Numbered from the stretch's first letter, positions 49,497-59,724 are shown. The stretch: DNA of 64,000 bases from Planctomycetota bacterium (GCA_029978905.1 JAPOIM010000001.1:21564-85563), one strand, 5' to 3'. Notes: a model not told the origin generated them from the sequence alone. Numbers and translations are program-made.

Positions 49497-50258
49497 ATGC
49501 CGGTAGGGGCTGTGGCGGGAGGTATCGCCGTCGTGATCGACGTCATTCGGGCCTCCACCACGATCATCACCGCCTTGGCACACGATGCGGCTGGCGTGAT
49601 TCCCACCGATGCCGTGGAAAAAGCACGCTCACGAGCCGCCATGCTCGGTGGCGAGACACTCCTCGGAGGGGAGCGTGGGGCTGTCCGTATTGATGGATTC
49701 CAGCTCGGCAACTCCCCCCGCGAATACACCCGTGAACAGGTCGCCGGTCGGCCCATCGTGTTCACCACCACCAACGGAACCGCCGCCCTGGCTGCCTGCC
49801 AGGACGCCGCCGTGGTCCTGATCGGGAGTCTCGTCAACAGAACCGCCGTCGCCGCGGCAGCTCGGCGCGCAGCGGCTCGAGTCGCAGCCCAAGCTGACCC
49901 CGTTGCCGTCCACCTGGTCTGCGCCGGCGTGGAAGGGCAGGTTGCCGACGAAGACCTTCTCGGCGCTGGGGCGATCGCCGACGCCGCCCAGGCACTCTTC
50001 CCCGACGACGCTCTTGATCAAGCCGCGAAAGAAGCCCGCGCACAGTTTCTCACCGCGGCCGGACACCACACGGGGGCCGCGGCGATCGCACAGCTCACCG
50101 CATCGCTGGCGAGTACCGAAGGAGGCCGACGGATCGTGGCCTTGGGAATGCAGGACGACCTGCCGATTGTGGCTGCCCTCGACGCCCACCAAACCGTCCC
50201 CATTTTCGACCCGACCTCGGGCGTCCTTACCCCAATTTCCGCTCAAAACGCTCTTTGA
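49497..50258 (+). CDS. 2-phosphosulfolactate phosphatase family protein (ComB-like)
   Basis: AVVIDVIRASTTIITAL and GFQLGNSPREY are family-typical. In-frame ATG verified at 49497; GTG 49458 is an alternative start. Confidence 0.75.
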   Translation: MPVGAVAGGIAVVIDVIRASTTIITALAHDAAGVIPTDAVEKARSRAAMLGGETLLGGERGAVRIDGFQLGNSPREYTREQVAGRPIVFTTTNGTAALAACQDAAVVLIGSLVNRTAVAAAARRAAARVAAQADPVAVHLVCAGVEGQVADEDLLGAGAIADAAQALFPDDALDQAAKEARAQFLTAAGHHTGAAAIAQLTASLASTEGGRRIVALGMQDDLPIVAALDAHQTVPIFDPTSGVLTPISAQNAL

Positions 50259-50322
50259 GCCCGCCTTAGGCTTCCGATGACGGGCTGGCCCCACGCCCGC
50301 CGCTCCGACTACACTCCGCCCC

Positions 50323-51957
50323 ATGAAACAGCCAGCCGACCAATCCCGTATGGACCGCATCGTTTCGCTCGCCAAGCGTCGCGGATTCATTTTTCAGTCG
50401 AGTGAAATCTACGGAGGCCTCAACGGCTTCTGGGACTACGGTCCGCTTGGGGTTGAGCTCAAGCGAAACCTGAAGAATGCGTGGTGGCACGACATGGTTA
50501 GCGGCCATGACGAACTGGCCACGCTGAACGGGGCCGCGGGCCCTTACGAGATGACCGGTCTCGACTGCACGATCATCATGCACCCGCAAACCTGGAAGTG
50601 TTCCGGTCACTTCGACCTGTTTCACGACTGGCTGGTCGACTGCCGCGAGTCGAAGCGTAGGTATCGCTACGACCACCTGCTCGGCCGGTTTGCCAGCCAT
50701 CGCGGGAAGCGGGTGTTTATCGTCACCGACGCCTCCGGTGATGAGGCGGTCGCGGCCACCGCGGCGCGGGCACAAAAGTTCTTTGGGCTGCGAGCGAAGC
50801 AGGTCGACGAGATCGAGTGGGAAGGCGCCGTCGTGCCGCTGGCAGGGCATGCGTCCCGCGAAGAATCGCTCGCTCCCGAGGCGAGTGAACCAGGCACGCT
50901 CACGGAGCCACGTGAGTTCAACCTGATGTTCGAGACACGGATCGGCGCACTGGCGAGCGGCGGTGACGAAGACCGCGCGTTCCTCCGCCCCGAAACAGCC
51001 CAGGGCATCTTCCTCAACTTTAAGAACGTGCTCGACACCTCGCGGGTCCGCGTGCCTTTTGGCATCGCCCAGATCGGCAAGAGTTTTCGAAACGAGATCA
51101 CACCCCGCAACTTCACGTTTCGATCACGTGAGTTCGAGCAGATGGAGATCGAGTTTTTCTGCAAGCCGGAAGAGTCGGCAGCGTGGTACCGCTACTGGCG
51201 CGACCGTCGCTGGAACTGGTACCTCAGCTTGGGCCTTACCGAAGGGCGACTGCAGCTTCGGGAACATGATGCCGACGAACTCTCACACTATTCGTGCGGT
51301 ACCGCCGACATCGAATACGCATTCCCGTTCTTGGCCGAAGGCGAGTTTGGCGAACTGGAGGGGATTGCCCACCGCGGCGACTTCGACCTCCGCAGCCACA
51401 TGGAAGGAAAACTCGTCCGGCAAGACGGCGAACTTGTGGTTGAGAAGGGTGAGGACGGAAAACCGCGCCACCGTGGGAGCGGGAAGGACCTCTCGTATTT
51501 CGACGACCTTTCGCGCGAGCGGTATGTGCCTCATGTGATCGAACCGTCGGCAGGGGCAGACCGGGCGGCCCTCGCGTTCCTCTGCGATGCCTACCACGAA
51601 GACGAAGTGCCGGACGAGAAGGGCAACCCCCGCAGCCGTACGGTCCTCAAACTTCATCCTCGGCTTGCTCCGGTGAAAGCCGCGATCCTGCCGCTGGTGA
51701 AGAAGGATGGCATGCCGGAAATGGCGATTGACCTCTACCGTGAGCTCAAGCGACACATGCCCTGCCAGTACGACGAGAAGGGCTCGGTCGGACGTCGCTA
51801 CGCCCGTCAGGACGAAGCGGGAACGCCTTGGTGCCTGACGATCGACGGCCAAAGCCTGACCGACCGCACGATCACGCTTCGCGATCGCGACTCGCTCGAG
51901 CAGACCCGTGTGCCACTCGACGAAGCCGTCGCGCTCTTACGGGAGAAACTCGCATGA
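50323..51957 (+). CDS. glyQS: Glycine--tRNA ligase (homodimeric class II type)
   Basis: RRGFIFQSSEIYGGLNGFWDYGPLGVELKRNLK start and class II motifs (FRNEITPR, GADR). Confidence 0.93.
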   Translation: MKQPADQSRMDRIVSLAKRRGFIFQSSEIYGGLNGFWDYGPLGVELKRNLKNAWWHDMVSGHDELATLNGAAGPYEMTGLDCTIIMHPQTWKCSGHFDLFHDWLVDCRESKRRYRYDHLLGRFASHRGKRVFIVTDASGDEAVAATAARAQKFFGLRAKQVDEIEWEGAVVPLAGHASREESLAPEASEPGTLTEPREFNLMFETRIGALASGGDEDRAFLRPETAQGIFLNFKNVLDTSRVRVPFGIAQIGKSFRNEITPRNFTFRSREFEQMEIEFFCKPEESAAWYRYWRDRRWNWYLSLGLTEGRLQLREHDADELSHYSCGTADIEYAFPFLAEGEFGELEGIAHRGDFDLRSHMEGKLVRQDGELVVEKGEDGKPRHRGSGKDLSYFDDLSRERYVPHVIEPSAGADRAALAFLCDAYHEDEVPDEKGNPRSRTVLKLHPRLAPVKAAILPLVKKDGMPEMAIDLYRELKRHMPCQYDEKGSVGRRYARQDEAGTPWCLTIDGQSLTDRTITLRDRDSLEQTRVPLDEAVALLREKLA

Positions 51958-52775
51958 GGCCCGCAGTCGCCACCGTCTGCTCGCTTGATGCGGCCCTGCC
52001 AACGATTCTTGAAGACTACGCCGCAGGACATTGCGACGCCGTGGATCTGTGGCTTGGCCACGCGGAAGCCGCCCTGGAATCACAGTCGGTCGAGCAACTG
52101 AGCGACCTCTTCACCTCCACTGGCATCGCCCCGGTCGCCGCGAGCTTCCAAGGTGGGCTGCTGACCAGCCAAGGGGATGCTCGCCAGGAACACTGGAGCC
52201 TGTTTGAGAAACGGTTGCCTCTGCTTAGCCAGCTCAAGATCCCGGTGCTGGTGGTCGCAGGGGATGCATTTGGACCACTCTTGCCGCAGGATCTCTCTCG
52301 GTTGTCGATGAGCCTCTCCGAGGCCGGCAAGCGGGCCGCCGACGCAGGCGTGCGGATTGCGCTCGAGTTCGATGCGCGAGCCAGTTTTCCCAACAACCTT
52401 CAGTCGGCGATCGCGCTTGTCGAAGACGTCGGCCATCCGGCCGTTGGTCTCTGCCTCGACTGGTATCACTACACCGTCGGGCCCAGCAAAGCCAACGACC
52501 TATGGCTGCTCTCACCCGACATCCTCTTCCATGTGCAGCTCTCCGACATCGCGGACGTGCCGCGGGAGATGGCCAGCGATGCCGACCGCATTCTTCCGGG
52601 CGAGGGCTCCTCACCCCCAGACCCGCTGCTGACTCGGCTCCGCGAACTGCAGTACACGGGCGCCATTTCCGTGGAAACCCACAACCCTCAGTTGTGGCGG
52701 GTGCCACCGCGGCAGTTCGGCGAGATCGCCATCACGGCCCTTCGTCGCCTGCTTGGCGATGCACGCATGGAGTGA
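51954..52775 (+). CDS. Xylose-isomerase-like TIM-barrel protein
   Basis: The ATG at 51954 overlaps the glyQS stop (ATGA). Family pattern IALEFDA, GLCLDWYHY, PGEGSS, ISVETHN. Confidence 0.7.
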   Translation: MRPAVATVCSLDAALPTILEDYAAGHCDAVDLWLGHAEAALESQSVEQLSDLFTSTGIAPVAASFQGGLLTSQGDARQEHWSLFEKRLPLLSQLKIPVLVVAGDAFGPLLPQDLSRLSMSLSEAGKRAADAGVRIALEFDARASFPNNLQSAIALVEDVGHPAVGLCLDWYHYTVGPSKANDLWLLSPDILFHVQLSDIADVPREMASDADRILPGEGSSPPDPLLTRLRELQYTGAISVETHNPQLWRVPPRQFGEIAITALRRLLGDARME

Positions 52776-52800
52776 GCGACTCCCGCAAGCCGCGTCCGCT

Positions 52801-53466
52801 TCAACTCGCCCGCCGTGCGGCCGCGTCGCGCGGATCGGAGAACTCGTTCATCGCCTGGGCCTCTGCCTCCACGACATCAATGTCCCGCAGGCGGCTCTCG
52901 TGGCCAGCAGGTACCAACGAATAGTGCCTTGCCCGCGTGAGGAGATCGATCACCTCCACGCAGGACTTTTCTCTCGTCACCCACAGTGATGGGTCGAGCC
53001 TGCGGAGATCGACCGACGCGGAGTAGGTGCGGAGCATCTTCTGCCGACCCTTGGCGTATTCCGGGAAGTACGACATCGCCAAGGCGTAGAGGCTGCGGTA
53101 GATCGGGTCGCGCCAACGAAGATAGGGCCCGTTGCTTTTTGAAATCGCGCCCCAGGTTCGACCGCGGCGAAACAGCGCGATGACGTGATCGTCGTCGCCT
53201 GGGGCGGCCCCCATGTCCATCAGCAGGGGAGGGCGACGAGCCATCGTGAGGGCACACGCGGCCACGAGGGCCGCTTCGATGCAGTGGGCTCGCTTTCGCG
53301 TAAGCACTCCCTGCACCGAGAGCGCCGTCCAGCCGTCTTTTTCAAAGTTCATCGGAATCGTGTTGACGAAATCCTGGACATCTTCCGGTTGCCGCAGCTG
53401 CGCAAGCAGCTCCGCGTGTTCCTGAGAAAGCCCAAGTTTGATGCCGCGTGCGATCCGAGACTTCAT
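52801..53466 (-). CDS. Hypothetical protein, possible transglutaminase/papain-like fold
   Basis: ATG verified at 53464-53466. A candidate Cys in RAHCIEAALVAA and a His in DDDHVIALF suggest a thiol-peptidase-like dyad. Weak evidence. Confidence 0.45.
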   Translation of the reverse strand: MKSRIARGIKLGLSQEHAELLAQLRQPEDVQDFVNTIPMNFEKDGWTALSVQGVLTRKRAHCIEAALVAACALTMARRPPLLMDMGAAPGDDDHVIALFRRGRTWGAISKSNGPYLRWRDPIYRSLYALAMSYFPEYAKGRQKMLRTYSASVDLRRLDPSLWVTREKSCVEVIDLLTRARHYSLVPAGHESRLRDIDVVEAEAQAMNEFSDPRDAAARRAS

Positions 53467-53717
53467 GACACCTGTATGTGGTTGAACGGGTGACGAGCCC
53501 GCATTCCCCATCGAAACCTGAGCCCCACCCTAACGACCTCGCCCCATTCGCTCAACCGGCAGGCCGTGCGCGAGAGCCAGAGGGACGATGCCCGCCCAGC
53601 TCCGTAATCCGTGAGAACCCATCCACGTTCGACGAGATGCTGTGTATTCTGAAGTGCTTCGATCGCGAAGAGCCCCTTTCATGGCTCTCCCACAGCACTT
53701 TTGCGTATGGCATCTGC

Positions 53718-55082
53718 ATGTCGAACACCTCCGCTCTTGTTCAAACGATTGACCTTTCTGCAGCCGATGGACGAAAGAGGCTCGACGCGCTCGTCGCCAG
53801 CCTTTCATCTCAGGGCGACGTGGTCAGTCCTGCCGCAGCACAGCGAACGATCGACATCTTCGGCGAACCCCTGACCCCCAAGCAGGTCGTGGCCAAGATC
53901 TGCTCGGATGTCAAAGCCAACGGCCGCGAGGCTGTTCTCGACTACTCACGTCGCATTGACCGCGCTGATGTCACCGACGCCTCACTGTTTGTCACGCCAG
54001 AGGCGTTTCAAAAGGCGCATGCGAGCGTGGAGCCTGCCTTCCTGGAGACCGTGCGCCGCGTGCGGGCTCGCGTCGAACGATTTCAGCAGGCCGTGCTCCC
54101 CAACGACGCCGAGGTGTCCCTGCCGGGCGGCGGGTCACTTCGGCAGCGTTACCTTCCGCTGGATCGCGCCGGGATCTGCATTCCTGGTGGGGCGGCCGCG
54201 TATCCGTCGTCGCTGCTGATGACTGCGGTGCCCGCCCAGGTGGCGGGCGTGCGTGAGATCGTGGTGGTCGCGCCTCCCACCCCCTTTGGCAGCGACAACC
54301 CTTACCTGCTCGCGACCTGCCATGAGCTCGGCCTCTCCTGCGTGATGCGGGCGGGAGGCGCCCAGGCGGTTGCCGCGCTTGCCTACGGGATCGAGGGCCT
54401 GTCCCGCGTCGACACGATCGTCGGCCCGGGCAACCTGTTTGTGGCCCTTGCCAAGCAGCACGTCTTTGGCGACGTATCGATCGACTCCATCGCTGGCCCA
54501 AGCGAGATTGTGGTGGTCGCCGACGCCACCGGCAGCCCTGAGTTCATCGCGGCCGACATGCTGGCCCAGGCAGAGCACTCGCCTGGCTCCGCCATTCTCC
54601 TCACCAGCTGTCGGAAACTGGGCGAGGCGGTTGCCGCCGCGGTCGAACGCCGGCTTGCGGTGCTCGAACGAGGCCAACTGACCCGCGAGAGCCTGGAGCG
54701 GTTCTCGGCAATCGTCCTCACGGGAAGCGACCGCGAGTCGCAGCAGATTGCCGACGAACTCGCCGCGGAGCATCTCTCGATTGACACCGCAGACCCGGAG
54801 GCGACGCTCGCGGGCATCAGGCATGCCGGCGCCGTCTTCCTGGGGCCCTACAGCCCGGTCGCCGCAGGCGATTACGCGGCAGGACCCTCCCACGTGCTGC
54901 CCACGGCCGCAACGGCCCGCTTTGCCGCAGGCCTTTCGGCAACCCACTTCCTCCGCTCAGGCAGCGTGATTCGCCTGACGAAGCCAGACCTGCAGGATCT
55001 TGCCGATGACATCCGCCTGCTCGCCGACACCGAAGGCCTGACTGCCCATCGCCGCAGTGTCGACGCCCGTTTTGGGGGGTGA
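53718..55082 (+). CDS. hisD: Histidinol dehydrogenase
   Basis: ATG verified at 53718. IAGPSEIVVVAD and AQAEHSP motifs, and the full-length HisD pattern. Confidence 0.92.
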   Translation: MSNTSALVQTIDLSAADGRKRLDALVASLSSQGDVVSPAAAQRTIDIFGEPLTPKQVVAKICSDVKANGREAVLDYSRRIDRADVTDASLFVTPEAFQKAHASVEPAFLETVRRVRARVERFQQAVLPNDAEVSLPGGGSLRQRYLPLDRAGICIPGGAAAYPSSLLMTAVPAQVAGVREIVVVAPPTPFGSDNPYLLATCHELGLSCVMRAGGAQAVAALAYGIEGLSRVDTIVGPGNLFVALAKQHVFGDVSIDSIAGPSEIVVVADATGSPEFIAADMLAQAEHSPGSAILLTSCRKLGEAVAAAVERRLAVLERGQLTRESLERFSAIVLTGSDRESQQIADELAAEHLSIDTADPEATLAGIRHAGAVFLGPYSPVAAGDYAAGPSHVLPTAATARFAAGLSATHFLRSGSVIRLTKPDLQDLADDIRLLADTEGLTAHRRSVDARFGG

Positions 55083-55151
55083 GGCTCACCTCGGAACGTG
55101 AGGTAAACTTTAAGGAGTGCTCCTCCCCGCAGGCCCCACGACACACACGGC

Positions 55152-56252
55152 ATGGATCCGAACACCCCGTCCGCAGCAGCCTTTTCCGGTGGCACTCCTC
55201 CGGTCAGACCAGATATCGCCGCGCTCGCCCCGTACGTGCCGGGCGAGCAACCCCAGGGTGGGCGTTGGATCAAACTCAACACCAACGAAAACCCGTATCC
55301 TCCTCCGGCGGCGGTGGGAGATGCGATCCGCGATGCCGCGAGTGGCCGCAACCTCGCGAAGTATCCCGATCCCCTCGCGACGAGCTTTCGCAAGCAGGCA
55401 GGGGAGACGCTGGGGATCGATCCCGACTGGATTCTCTGTGGGAATGGCTCTGACGATGTGCTGACGATTCTCGTGCGGACGTTTTTAGGGCAGGGAGAAT
55501 CACTCCGCATGCCCTATCCCAGCTACATCCTGTATCGCACGCTGGCAGGCATTCAGGGCGCCCGCTGCCACGAAGTCACCTTTGAAACTGACTGGTCGCT
55601 CAGCCCTCTCTTCACGGCTGCTCGGTCTGGCCTGCGGCTGGCCATCATCCCCAATCCGAACAGTCCTTCCGGCACACTGCTCTCAAAAGAGTGGCTCCTC
55701 GAAGCGGCACAACAGCTTCCGTGTCCGCTGGTGATCGACGAGGCGTATGTCGACTTCGCCGAGACGAACTGCCTCGACCTCGTGGCTGCCTGCGAGAACG
55801 TGATCATCACACGTTCGTTCAGCAAGTCGTACGCGCTGGCCGGCCTGCGATTCGGGTTTGCGGTGGCGAGGCCGCAGATCATCGAGCAGCTCACGAAAGT
55901 CAAGGACTCCTACAACTGCGACACGCTCTCGATCGCCGCCGCCACTGCTGCGATTGCCGACACCGCATGGCTGGCTCGCACGCGGTCGTTGGTCATTGCC
56001 ACGCGAACCCGGCTGGAGGCGAGCCTCGCCGCCATGGGTTTTTCTGTTCAGCCGAGTCAGGCCAACTTCGTGTGGTGCACACACCCCGACAAAAACCACC
56101 GTGCCATCTACGAAGCCCTCAAGCAGCAAGGGATTCTCATCCGCTGGATGAACTATCCCGGCTGGGGTGACGGCCTGCGGGTGTCGGTCGGCACCGAGGA
56201 AGAGACCGATGCCTTCCTCGCGGCCCTCGCCAGCATCCTCGAACAACTCTGA
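55152..56252 (+). CDS. hisC: Histidinol-phosphate aminotransferase
   Basis: KLNTNENPYPPP and the PLP-lysine motif RSFSKSYALAGLRFGF. Confidence 0.92.
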   Translation: MDPNTPSAAAFSGGTPPVRPDIAALAPYVPGEQPQGGRWIKLNTNENPYPPPAAVGDAIRDAASGRNLAKYPDPLATSFRKQAGETLGIDPDWILCGNGSDDVLTILVRTFLGQGESLRMPYPSYILYRTLAGIQGARCHEVTFETDWSLSPLFTAARSGLRLAIIPNPNSPSGTLLSKEWLLEAAQQLPCPLVIDEAYVDFAETNCLDLVAACENVIITRSFSKSYALAGLRFGFAVARPQIIEQLTKVKDSYNCDTLSIAAATAAIADTAWLARTRSLVIATRTRLEASLAAMGFSVQPSQANFVWCTHPDKNHRAIYEALKQQGILIRWMNYPGWGDGLRVSVGTEEETDAFLAALASILEQL

Positions 56253-56296
56253 CGCGCGTTTCCTCTCCCCGTACCCTCCGCATCGACGAGACGGCC

Positions 56297-56890
56297 ATGC
56301 CACGCACTGCCCAGGTTTCTCGGATCACCTCCGAAACAGCGATCGAGCTCACCCTCAACCTCGACGGGACTGGCATCGCCGACATTTCCACCGGCCTTGG
56401 TTTCTTTGACCACATGCTCACGCTGCTGGTGGGCCACTCCTTGATCGACCTGACCGTCTCCTGCAAGGGCGACCTGCATGTCGATGGTCACCATACCGTG
56501 GAAGATGTGGGGAGAGCCTTGGGCCAGGCCTTCCGGGAAGCCCTTGGAGAACGACGAGGCATTCGTCGCTATGGCCACGCGATCCTGCCCATGGATGAGT
56601 CGCTCGTGACGGCGGCCGTCGACCTTGGTGGCCGGGCCGCGTGCGTGCTCGCTGCCGAGTATCCCGTGGATTCGATCGGCGCCTTCGACACACAACTCGT
56701 GGAAGTCTTCTGGGAAGGCTTCGCGGCGACCGCCGGAGCGAATGTGCATGCAATCCTGCACCACGGCCACAACGCCCACCATATCGCCGAAGCGATCTTC
56801 AAGGGCCTGGCCCGGTCGATCCGGATGGCCCTGGAACTCGACCCCCGCCAACCGGGTGTGCCGAGCACCAAGGGCTCCTTGACGGTGTAG
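56297..56890 (+). CDS. hisB: Imidazoleglycerol-phosphate dehydratase
   Basis: RITSETAIEL, DGHHTVEDVG and HHIAEAIFKGLAR motifs. Confidence 0.93.
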   Translation: MPRTAQVSRITSETAIELTLNLDGTGIADISTGLGFFDHMLTLLVGHSLIDLTVSCKGDLHVDGHHTVEDVGRALGQAFREALGERRGIRRYGHAILPMDESLVTAAVDLGGRAACVLAAEYPVDSIGAFDTQLVEVFWEGFAATAGANVHAILHHGHNAHHIAEAIFKGLARSIRMALELDPRQPGVPSTKGSLTV

Positions 56891-56905
56891 CCGTGGCTTC
56901 GCCGA

Positions 56906-58219
56906 CTACTCGTTGACGTAGGTTTCCAAGAACCGCGCCAAGCGATGGAAGTCGCAGCCCCGTTCGACGAAGCGGACCACCGTCACGAGCGTGGCGGGGT
57001 CAACAAGTTCTTCAAACGGCACGTAATTCAGGTCGAGCTGACCTGAAACGCTGACCATCACGCCGTTGAGCCCACGTTCGGCCAGGGCTCGATATGCACC
57101 CACACCAAGTTGGCTTCCGAGCATGATGTCGAACGCGTGTGGCTTCGCGCACCGCGCCTCATAGCCCAACTGCAGCCCGACCACCTTCCGCGACCGGCCG
57201 GTCTGCCGAGCGTATTCGTCGGCCACCAGCTTCGAGAACATGCGGCCAAGCTGGATGTGTGAAATCGAGATGTGGCCGTGGTCGTCACGCGGGATGCCTT
57301 CCAACTGACTCTGCGGAAGGTATTCGGCAAGGCCTTCGGCAAGCACGATCACACCGAACGGCTTGTTTTCCTTCTCCTCGCGGACCCGCATCGTCTTCAC
57401 GATTCGGCCGACGACCTCCTGCACATTCATCACCGGCTTCACGCGTGTTTCACCTGATGGATCGGTGACCGTCTCTTCCGAGCGGTAGCGACCGTGGATG
57501 TCTTCCACGCTGATCACGAGGCTCGCCTCACCGGAGATGGCAGCCCCGTAGGCGAGCCAGCCCGCGCTGCGGCCCATCGATTCGCAGAGGAAGTAGGCCC
57601 GAGCGGCCTCGGCGTCGTAAATCAGGTTGCGGAGTTCTGTGGCCAGGGTGTCCACAGCGGTGAAATAGCCGAACGTGAAATCGATGCCCATGTAGTCGTT
57701 GTCGATGGTCTTGGGCAGATGCACGACGGGGATCCGCGGGCTGCCAGCCGGCAGCCGATCCTGAAACATCTTGAACTTGTTGGCGGTCTTGAGCGTGTCG
57801 TCGCCGCCGATGGAAATCAGGGCCTCCACGCCGAGCGAACGCAGCCCCTCGTAGACCTTCTTCAGCGGCGCGGAACGGTCGGGGTCTTCAAGGTGCTCCG
57901 GGCTCGAAACGAGTTTGCCGGGGTTCGCCCGGGCGGTCCCGATCAGAATCCCCTGGCTCGATCGCGAACGCTTCATGAACTCGGGCGTGAGATGCACCCA
58001 GTCGCGTCCTTCCTCGAGGGGCTTTTCAGGCGAGTAGTCGATCAGCGATGAGTAGCCGTGCTTCATGCCAAGCACTTCGCAGCCGCTCTTGAGAAACGAA
58101 ATCGCTGCCGTCGAGATCACCGCGTTGGCCCCTGGGGCGGGTCCACCTGCAAACAGGATCGCCACTCGACGAAACTGGTGCGTGGCCTTCGGAGGGGAGG
58201 TGAGGGTCTCGGTGATCAT
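56906..58219 (-). CDS. pfp: 6-phosphofructokinase, probably pyrophosphate-dependent
   Basis: ATG verified at 58217-58219. FAGGPAPGANA, SIGGDDTLKTA (GGDDT rather than GGDGS), PKTIDND and ESMGRSAG. Confidence 0.85.
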   Translation of the reverse strand: MITETLTSPPKATHQFRRVAILFAGGPAPGANAVISTAAISFLKSGCEVLGMKHGYSSLIDYSPEKPLEEGRDWVHLTPEFMKRSRSSQGILIGTARANPGKLVSSPEHLEDPDRSAPLKKVYEGLRSLGVEALISIGGDDTLKTANKFKMFQDRLPAGSPRIPVVHLPKTIDNDYMGIDFTFGYFTAVDTLATELRNLIYDAEAARAYFLCESMGRSAGWLAYGAAISGEASLVISVEDIHGRYRSEETVTDPSGETRVKPVMNVQEVVGRIVKTMRVREEKENKPFGVIVLAEGLAEYLPQSQLEGIPRDDHGHISISHIQLGRMFSKLVADEYARQTGRSRKVVGLQLGYEARCAKPHAFDIMLGSQLGVGAYRALAERGLNGVMVSVSGQLDLNYVPFEELVDPATLVTVVRFVERGCDFHRLARFLETYVNE

Positions 58220-58320
58220 CTCAATCTCTCTATTGCGGAGGGGAGGGGGGGAACCGGAAGGGAGGAACTGCGTGCAACGGAGCGTCCGACCGTTCTCGCA
58301 CGCCACCACGCAAGGAGACA

Positions 58321-59664
58321 TCACCCAAGCAGGGTGCGTTCCACAAACGTGGTATCGATTTGAGAGTCGTGGAAGGCGGAGTGCGAGAGGATCTCGAGAT
58401 GGATCGGCACGGTCGTCTTGACCCCCTCCACACGCAGTTCCTTCAGCGCTCGCTGCATCGTTTCGATTGCCTCGCGTCGGGTGGGCTGATGCACGATCAG
58501 TTTGCCGATCAAGGAATCGTAGTGCGGGGGAACGACGTAGCCGCTCGACACGTGCGAATCAAAACGGACTCCAAAGCCACCCGGCACGATCATCTTTTCG
58601 ATCCGCCCCGGGCAGGGGCGGAAACCGTGGGCAGGATCTTCGGCATTGATCCGACACTCGATCGCGTGGCCGCGTTGGACGATGTCGTCCTGCGAGAACC
58701 CAAGCGGCTCACCCGCGGCGACACGGATCTGGGCCTTGATCAGGTCGATGCCCGTCACCATTTCCGTCACGGGATGCTCAACCTGGATCCGCGAGTTGAG
58801 TTCGATGAAGTAGAAGTTGCCTTCCTGATCGACAATGAACTCCACGGTGCCCGTCGAGTAGTAACCGGCAGTCTTCGCCAGCCGCACAGCCGCCTCACAC
58901 ATTGCCTCGCGCGTCGCCTGGGCGAGTCGCGGGGAGGGGCTCTCCTCGATCAGCTTTTGGTGCCGTCGCTGCGTCGAGCAATCGCGTTCCCAGAGATGGA
59001 CGACATTCCCGTGCATGTCGCCGATGATCTGCACCTCAACGTGCCGCGGCCGCTCGACATACTTTTCCAGGTAGATGCCCGCGTTGCCGAACGCCGCCTG
59101 GGCTTCGGTCGCCGCCTGTTGAAACGCGGATTGCAGCGTGAGATCGTTGGAGGCCACCCGCATGCCTCGTCCGCCGCCACCGGCAGTCGCTTTCAGCAGC
59201 ACCGGATAGCCGATCTTGCGAGCGACCTCGAGGGCTTCCTGCTCACTCGCCACAAGTCCGTCGCTCCCCGGCACGCAAGGCACATTTGCCTTCATCGCCA
59301 GGGTCCGGGCAGAGTTTTTGTCGCCGAGCTGCGCCATCGCTTCGGGCGTGGGGCCGATAAACCCGATGTCACACGAGCGACACACTTCTGCAAAGTGCGA
59401 GTTCTCGGAGAGAAACCCGTACCCAGGGTGAATCGCCTGGACATTGCCGATTTCCGCAGCGCTGATCACACGGTCGATCCGCAGATAACTGTCGGCAGCC
59501 CTTGCGGGCCCCACGCAGATCGCCTCGTCAGCGAGCTCGAGATAACTCGCATCTCGATCCGCTTCCGAACAGATCGCCACCGTTTCAATTCCGAGTTCAC
59601 GACATGCGCGAATCACGCGGAGCGCGATCTCACCTCGGTTGGCCACCAGAATGCGTTTAAACAT
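58321..59664 (-). CDS. accC: Acetyl-CoA carboxylase, biotin carboxylase subunit
   Basis: [21 protein letters not shown] start and the full ATP-grasp biotin carboxylase pattern. Confidence 0.96.
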   Translation of the reverse strand: MFKRILVANRGEIALRVIRACRELGIETVAICSEADRDASYLELADEAICVGPARAADSYLRIDRVISAAEIGNVQAIHPGYGFLSENSHFAEVCRSCDIGFIGPTPEAMAQLGDKNSARTLAMKANVPCVPGSDGLVASEQEALEVARKIGYPVLLKATAGGGGRGMRVASNDLTLQSAFQQAATEAQAAFGNAGIYLEKYVERPRHVEVQIIGDMHGNVVHLWERDCSTQRRHQKLIEESPSPRLAQATREAMCEAAVRLAKTAGYYSTGTVEFIVDQEGNFYFIELNSRIQVEHPVTEMVTGIDLIKAQIRVAAGEPLGFSQDDIVQRGHAIECRINAEDPAHGFRPCPGRIEKMIVPGGFGVRFDSHVSSGYVVPPHYDSLIGKLIVHQPTRREAIETMQRALKELRVEGVKTTVPIHLEILSHSAFHDSQIDTTFVERTLLG

Positions 59665-59724
59665 GTCCGCCGAGATCCACTCCGCCAGAAGGGAATACGA
59701 ATGCGGGCTCGATCACCGGAACGA

